From contig JBEGIR010000026.1 of NCBI GenBank assembly GCA_040224245.1, positions 414 through 64,413 of the forward strand: DNA of 64,000 nt, written 5' to 3'. This stretch comes from Puniceicoccaceae bacterium. Its GTDB lineage: Bacteria > Verrucomicrobiota > Verrucomicrobiia > Opitutales > JAFGAQ01. A model generated the notes under the pieces. It saw only the letters and a program-made list of their open reading frames with translations. It was not told the DNA's origin and did no database searches. Each line of letters starts with the position of its first letter. Within the stretch, counting starts at the first letter, position 1. A program made the position numbers and the translations under genes. Shown one piece after another: positions 60,110-64,000 of the stretch.

Positions 60110-61471
60110 ATGCGCTTCGATCGACTCATTTCCCAAAACCGAATCATCGACATCAAATCCAAAGATTTGAGGGGAGCATTTACCGAGCTGATCGAGTCTT
60201 TCAACATACAGGAGTCCAAAACACTCACGAAGCGGCGCATCTTGAACGATCTGCTCGACCGCGAAAAAACACGCACCACCTATCTCGGTGATGGCGTCGC
60301 GATTCCCTACGCCCGCATTAACTGGACGCGCGGTTACGGCGTGGCAATCGGACGCTGTGCGGAGGGTCTCAGCCATGACAGTCCCAGTGAGTATGGAAAA
60401 GTCCGCATCATCGTACTCCTTCTCGTGCATGAAAAAGCGCGCAACTATGTGCGCGTTCTCTCAGACTTTGCCCAGATCATCCGAGAGGAATCCATCATCG
60501 ATTCCCTGCTTTTTGCAGATTCGCTTCAGGAATTCCGCAAGGTCGTCAAACAAGTTTTCAGCGGAGTCACCAAACACCCGCAGATCGAATACTCGCGCAT
60601 CAACCGCAACATCATGAAAGAAGCGGAAAAGATAGCGCAAATGTCACAGTGCACCTCGATCATGATTTTTGGAGATACCTTCAGTTCTTCCTTTTTTGAA
60701 TTGGGTGTCGATATCAAGGGCCTCAAAACCGTGCTGATCTCACCCGGAAAATCCGACTACTCGGGAAATCTGCCAAAGATGGACCATATCATCCCCCTGA
60801 GAAGCTACTCCAATACCCGGCTTTCCCAGATGCGCAGTGCATTCATTATCGCGCTCGGAAAGGGTGTATTCAACACAGAGGAGGTCGTTTGCTGTGTTGG
60901 AGGAGTTCCTAAGAGCAATCTGCTCGATACCATCATTGTTGTGGATGTGGACAAGGAGTTTCAGACACTCATTCCAGGCAAGAGCAATGTGATCCCTCCC
61001 GGCGTACAGGTCGAGGTGCTTGAGCGCGTTCTCACCATCGCCACCGAATTGTCCATGGAAGGACGGGAGGGCAAACCTGTTGGCGCGCTATTTGTCATCG
61101 GGGATTCAGAGGTGGTCATGGAGCACGCTCAGCCCTTACTGCTCAATCCCTTTTTCGGCTACAGCGAAGACGAACGCAATGTGCTCAATCCGTTTATGGA
61201 TGAAACCGTCAAGGAGCTTTCCAGTATTGATGGCGCCTTTGTGATTCGCGGAAATGGTGTGCTTGAATCCGCAGGCAGTTTACTGCGACCCACCAAATAC
61301 CCGCAGAATCTGCCGAGCGGCCTCGGGTCACGCCATGCGGCTGCAGCCGGGATCACGCTCAGCTTCAAGTGTGTCGCGATCGTTGTGTCCTCAAGCACGG
61401 GTCACGTCAGTCTGTTCAGTGGCGGTGACATGATCACGCTCACTGAAAAGAAGATCGGAGGCAATTTTTAG
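60110..61471 (+). CDS. EIIA(Ntr)-like domain + alpha/beta regulatory module + diadenylate cyclase (DAC) domain protein
   Basis: The C-terminus carries GALFVIG, IDGAFVIRG, LGSRHAAAAGIT and IVVSSSTGHVSLF (DAC signatures). The N-terminus has LGDGVAIPYAR / VRIIVLLLV (PTS EIIA type-2 fold). The ATG at 60110 is preferred over the TTG at 60086. Confidence 0.8.
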   Translation: MRFDRLISQNRIIDIKSKDLRGAFTELIESFNIQESKTLTKRRILNDLLDREKTRTTYLGDGVAIPYARINWTRGYGVAIGRCAEGLSHDSPSEYGKVRIIVLLLVHEKARNYVRVLSDFAQIIREESIIDSLLFADSLQEFRKVVKQVFSGVTKHPQIEYSRINRNIMKEAEKIAQMSQCTSIMIFGDTFSSSFFELGVDIKGLKTVLISPGKSDYSGNLPKMDHIIPLRSYSNTRLSQMRSAFIIALGKGVFNTEEVVCCVGGVPKSNLLDTIIVVDVDKEFQTLIPGKSNVIPPGVQVEVLERVLTIATELSMEGREGKPVGALFVIGDSEVVMEHAQPLLLNPFFGYSEDERNVLNPFMDETVKELSSIDGAFVIRGNGVLESAGSLLRPTKYPQNLPSGLGSRHAAAAGITLSFKCVAIVVSSSTGHVSLFSGGDMITLTEKKIGGNF

Positions 61472-61526
61472 ATTGAAGTGAACTTGCGATCCCGCTTTTC
61501 TCGTTCCTTTTAACCAGAACACAACG

Positions 61527-61694
61527 ATGCCAAGAGAACATGTCATTTTGGAATGCACTGAAGCGCGTGCCGAGGGAAAACCTCCCTCACGCTACATGAG
61601 CACCCGCAACAAAAAGCTGACGCCAAACCGGGTCGAAAAGAAGAAATACAACCCGCACCTGCGTCGCCACACGGTGCACAAGGAGATTAAATAA
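61527..61694 (+). CDS. rpmG: 50S ribosomal protein L33
   Basis: Hand-translated 55-aa ORF, below the track cutoff: [55 protein letters not shown]. This is the typical L33 pattern. Confidence 0.9.
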   Translation: MPREHVILECTEARAEGKPPSRYMSTRNKKLTPNRVEKKKYNPHLRRHTVHKEIK

Positions 61695-61731
61695 CCCGCA
61701 TTGCGGTTTCTCCACCCTCTCCGATTTTCAG

Positions 61732-62271
61732 ATGAAAGGGCTCGGTTGTCTGCTGATCGATCTGCAGGATTGTTTTCTGAAAGCAATGCCGGATCGCTTC
61801 GAACTGACGAACCGGGCTGCTTTCGTTTTGCAGGCCTGCAAACTGCTCGAGATTCCCGTCTATCTATCGGAACAAGTTCCGGAAAAACTGGGCGGTACTT
61901 CTGAAGAACTGCTGCGCCACGCACCTGATGCGTATGTCTTTGCAAAGCAAACCTTCTCCTCGTGGACGGATGCAGGCTTTCAGGAGCGCCTTCAGTCCGA
62001 CGAAATCTCTCATTTGCTGATCGGTGGGATCGAAACACCGATCTGCGTCTACCAGACAGTCATTGCTGCCAGGGCCGATGACATGCCCGTCACCCTGCTT
62101 AGTGATGTGATTTCCTGCCGACGCCCACAGGACGCCGCCCCTGTGATCCACACACTGGAACAGCACCATACGCTGCACCTCCCTAGCGAAACCCTGTTTT
62201 ATTCAATACTGGCGCAGGCCAGCCATCCCGCATTTCGGGAATTTACGAAACTGGTCAAACAATACCAGTAA
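61732..62271 (+). CDS. Isochorismatase-family cysteine hydrolase
   Basis: LLIDLQDCF (Asp), a conserved Lys region, and LLIGGIETPICVYQT (the catalytic Cys motif G.ET..CV). Confidence 0.8.
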   Translation: MKGLGCLLIDLQDCFLKAMPDRFELTNRAAFVLQACKLLEIPVYLSEQVPEKLGGTSEELLRHAPDAYVFAKQTFSSWTDAGFQERLQSDEISHLLIGGIETPICVYQTVIAARADDMPVTLLSDVISCRRPQDAAPVIHTLEQHHTLHLPSETLFYSILAQASHPAFREFTKLVKQYQ

Positions 62272-62350
62272 CGAGTCTACCTGCAGAAGGCGCGTTTTGG
62301 GGTTTCGCGTCTCCACAGGATACGTTGAGACTCACATCAGCACATTCGTG

Positions 62351-63397
62351 TCAATAACCGCGCTTCTGTACCTTTTCGAAGTCGGCCTTGACCATGATTT
62401 CGCATAGGCGTTCCGCCTTGGTCTCGGCTACCCAGCCCAGTTTTTCCCTCGCCTTACTCGGGTTTCCCAGCAGTTGCTCCACTTCAGTCGGACGGAAATA
62501 GGAGGGACTGACCTGCACACGCAGTTTTCCGGTTGCCCGGTCGTAACCTTTTTCCTCCACTCCGCTGCCACGAAACTCAAGATCGATGCCGACGTGCTTG
62601 AAGGACCATCGCACAAAATCACGAACGGTGTGCATTTCTCCTGTCGCCAGCACAAAATCCTCCGGCGTATCATGCTGCAAAATCCGCCACATGCCCTCCG
62701 TATACTCTGGCGCGTAACCCCAGTCGCGCTGAGCGTCCAGATTGCCAAGCACCAGGGTTTCCTGTTTTCCCAAAGCAATGCGCGCAGCGGCACGTGTGAT
62801 TTTGCGTGTGACAAAGGTTTCACCCCGACGTGGGGACTCGTGGTTGAAGAGGATCCCATTGACGGCATAGATGCCATAGGCTTCACGGTAATTGACAATG
62901 ATCCAGTATCCGTAGAGCTTGGCTACCGCATAGGGAGAACGAGGGTAAAACGGAGTGGTTTCAGACTGCGGCACCTCCTGCACCTTTCCATAAAGTTCTG
63001 AAGTTGATGCCTGATACAGTCGTGTTTTTGATTTCAATCCAGTCTCCTTGATCGCATCCAAAAACCGCAGCGTGCCAATCGCATCAACCTCGGCCGTGTA
63101 CTCCGGCACCTCAAACGACACCTTGACGTGACTCTGTGCGCCCAGATTGTAGATTTCGTCAGGCCCAATGTTTTCGAGCAGACGGTTCAGATTGCTCGAA
63201 TCCGTTAAATCACCGTAGTGCAGGAAGAGCTTCGATCCATGGATCTCCGGGTTGTTGTAGAGGTGATCGATGCGCCCGGTATTGAAAGAACTTGATCGCC
63301 GGATCATGCCATGCACGACATACCCTTTTTCAATGAGCTGTTCAGCGAGGTAGGAACCATCCTGCCCGGTGATACCTGTGATAAGTGCGGTTTTCAT
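62351..63397 (-). CDS. gmd: GDP-mannose 4,6-dehydratase
   Basis: [35 protein letters not shown] and NHESPRRG. Confidence 0.95.
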   Translation of the reverse strand: MKTALITGITGQDGSYLAEQLIEKGYVVHGMIRRSSSFNTGRIDHLYNNPEIHGSKLFLHYGDLTDSSNLNRLLENIGPDEIYNLGAQSHVKVSFEVPEYTAEVDAIGTLRFLDAIKETGLKSKTRLYQASTSELYGKVQEVPQSETTPFYPRSPYAVAKLYGYWIIVNYREAYGIYAVNGILFNHESPRRGETFVTRKITRAAARIALGKQETLVLGNLDAQRDWGYAPEYTEGMWRILQHDTPEDFVLATGEMHTVRDFVRWSFKHVGIDLEFRGSGVEEKGYDRATGKLRVQVSPSYFRPTEVEQLLGNPSKAREKLGWVAETKAERLCEIMVKADFEKVQKRGY

Positions 63398-63474
63398 ATA
63401 GTTTAGTTAGTTGGATGGGAGAGGTTGAACGTGAGTCCAATCAGGTCCGAACAAGTTGAAGACGAAGGCATTTT

Positions 63475-63993
63475 TCAATCCCCCTTGGATTCAAGAAATT
63501 TCTGCATGATCGGTAGAAGCATTTTTGCCTGCTTCTGCCATGATCGCAGGCGCTTGAGCCGATCTTCCATGATGTCAGGGACCTCATCGGCAGAGGCTGC
63601 TACCAACTGTTCCAGATTGTGCAGTCGGTCTTCACCGCTTTCCAGATGTGGATAAATCTGATCCCTGAGGAAGCCTGAAACCAGACGCTTGAGGCTCACC
63701 TCCGGAAAGAAATGTTCCCGACGGTCTCCAGGCACAAAAGCCAAACGAACCGCACCCGCTTTACGCAAAAAATTCAGCCCCTGGCTGACTGTGCCTTTGC
63801 TCATACCCAGTCGTAGCATGATGGTATCCAGATGCACAGGGTCCTTCTGGCAAAACATAAACCCATAGATCGCACCCACCGATTTGCGGAACCCAAAAAG
63901 GTTGGCAACGCTGGTAAACAGCATGACCATCTCGCCCTCCCACGGTTGGATCGCAGGAGTATAAGGTGCATCGTCAATGTCGGTTCCGTTCAT
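63475..63993 (-). CDS. GbsR/MarR-family winged-helix transcriptional regulator
   Basis: The wHTH segment LDTIMLRLGMSKGTVSQGLNFLRKAGAVR and ~170 aa length are typical of GbsR-like regulators. Confidence 0.65.
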   Translation of the reverse strand: MNGTDIDDAPYTPAIQPWEGEMVMLFTSVANLFGFRKSVGAIYGFMFCQKDPVHLDTIMLRLGMSKGTVSQGLNFLRKAGAVRLAFVPGDRREHFFPEVSLKRLVSGFLRDQIYPHLESGEDRLHNLEQLVAASADEVPDIMEDRLKRLRSWQKQAKMLLPIMQKFLESKGD

Positions 63994-64000
63994 TCACAAA

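Overview
About 55% G+C bacterial chromosomal window with roughly 50 protein genes, mostly housekeeping. The gene content suggests a PVC/Verrucomicrobiota-like genome, by inference only: SecDF fusion, type-II glutamine synthetase, scattered GspE/PilT ATPases, and Rho with a long basic N-terminal extension. Recognisable genes include groES-groEL, rho, coaE, der, folA, cysD/cysNC, feoAB with a divergent DtxR/MntR regulator, galE, mnmA, recJ, secDF, yajC, lgt, glgC, rpmG (found by hand, below the ORF-track cutoff), gmd and GSII. There are also one PilT, three GspE/PilB-type ATPases and one GspF platform protein. A partial SNF2+SWIM helicase on the minus strand at the left edge is missing from the ORF track. 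I found no rRNA, tRNA, CRISPR array, transposase or prophage. Many long ORFs in the track are antisense shadow ORFs of real genes, as expected in GC-rich DNA. The best leads are: (1) a soluble three-domain putative c-di-AMP synthase at 60110-61471, made of an EIIA(Ntr)-like domain with Tyr at the phospho-His position, an alpha/beta middle module and a DAC domain. (2) A low-GC Avd-like/23S-IVS-type four-helix-bundle gene bracketed by a 32-nt long-range inverted repeat, inserted between cysD and cysNC. (3) An E2 acyltransferase-like protein lacking both the lipoyl-Lys and the catalytic His. (4) A 141-aa minimal protein-kinase-like ORF 10 bp upstream of a PP2C phosphatase. (5) A low-GC islet with an ER-type signal peptidase and a membrane-protein gene broken by an 8-bp tandem duplication. 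All functional calls rest on motif recognition by eye; no database search was possible.
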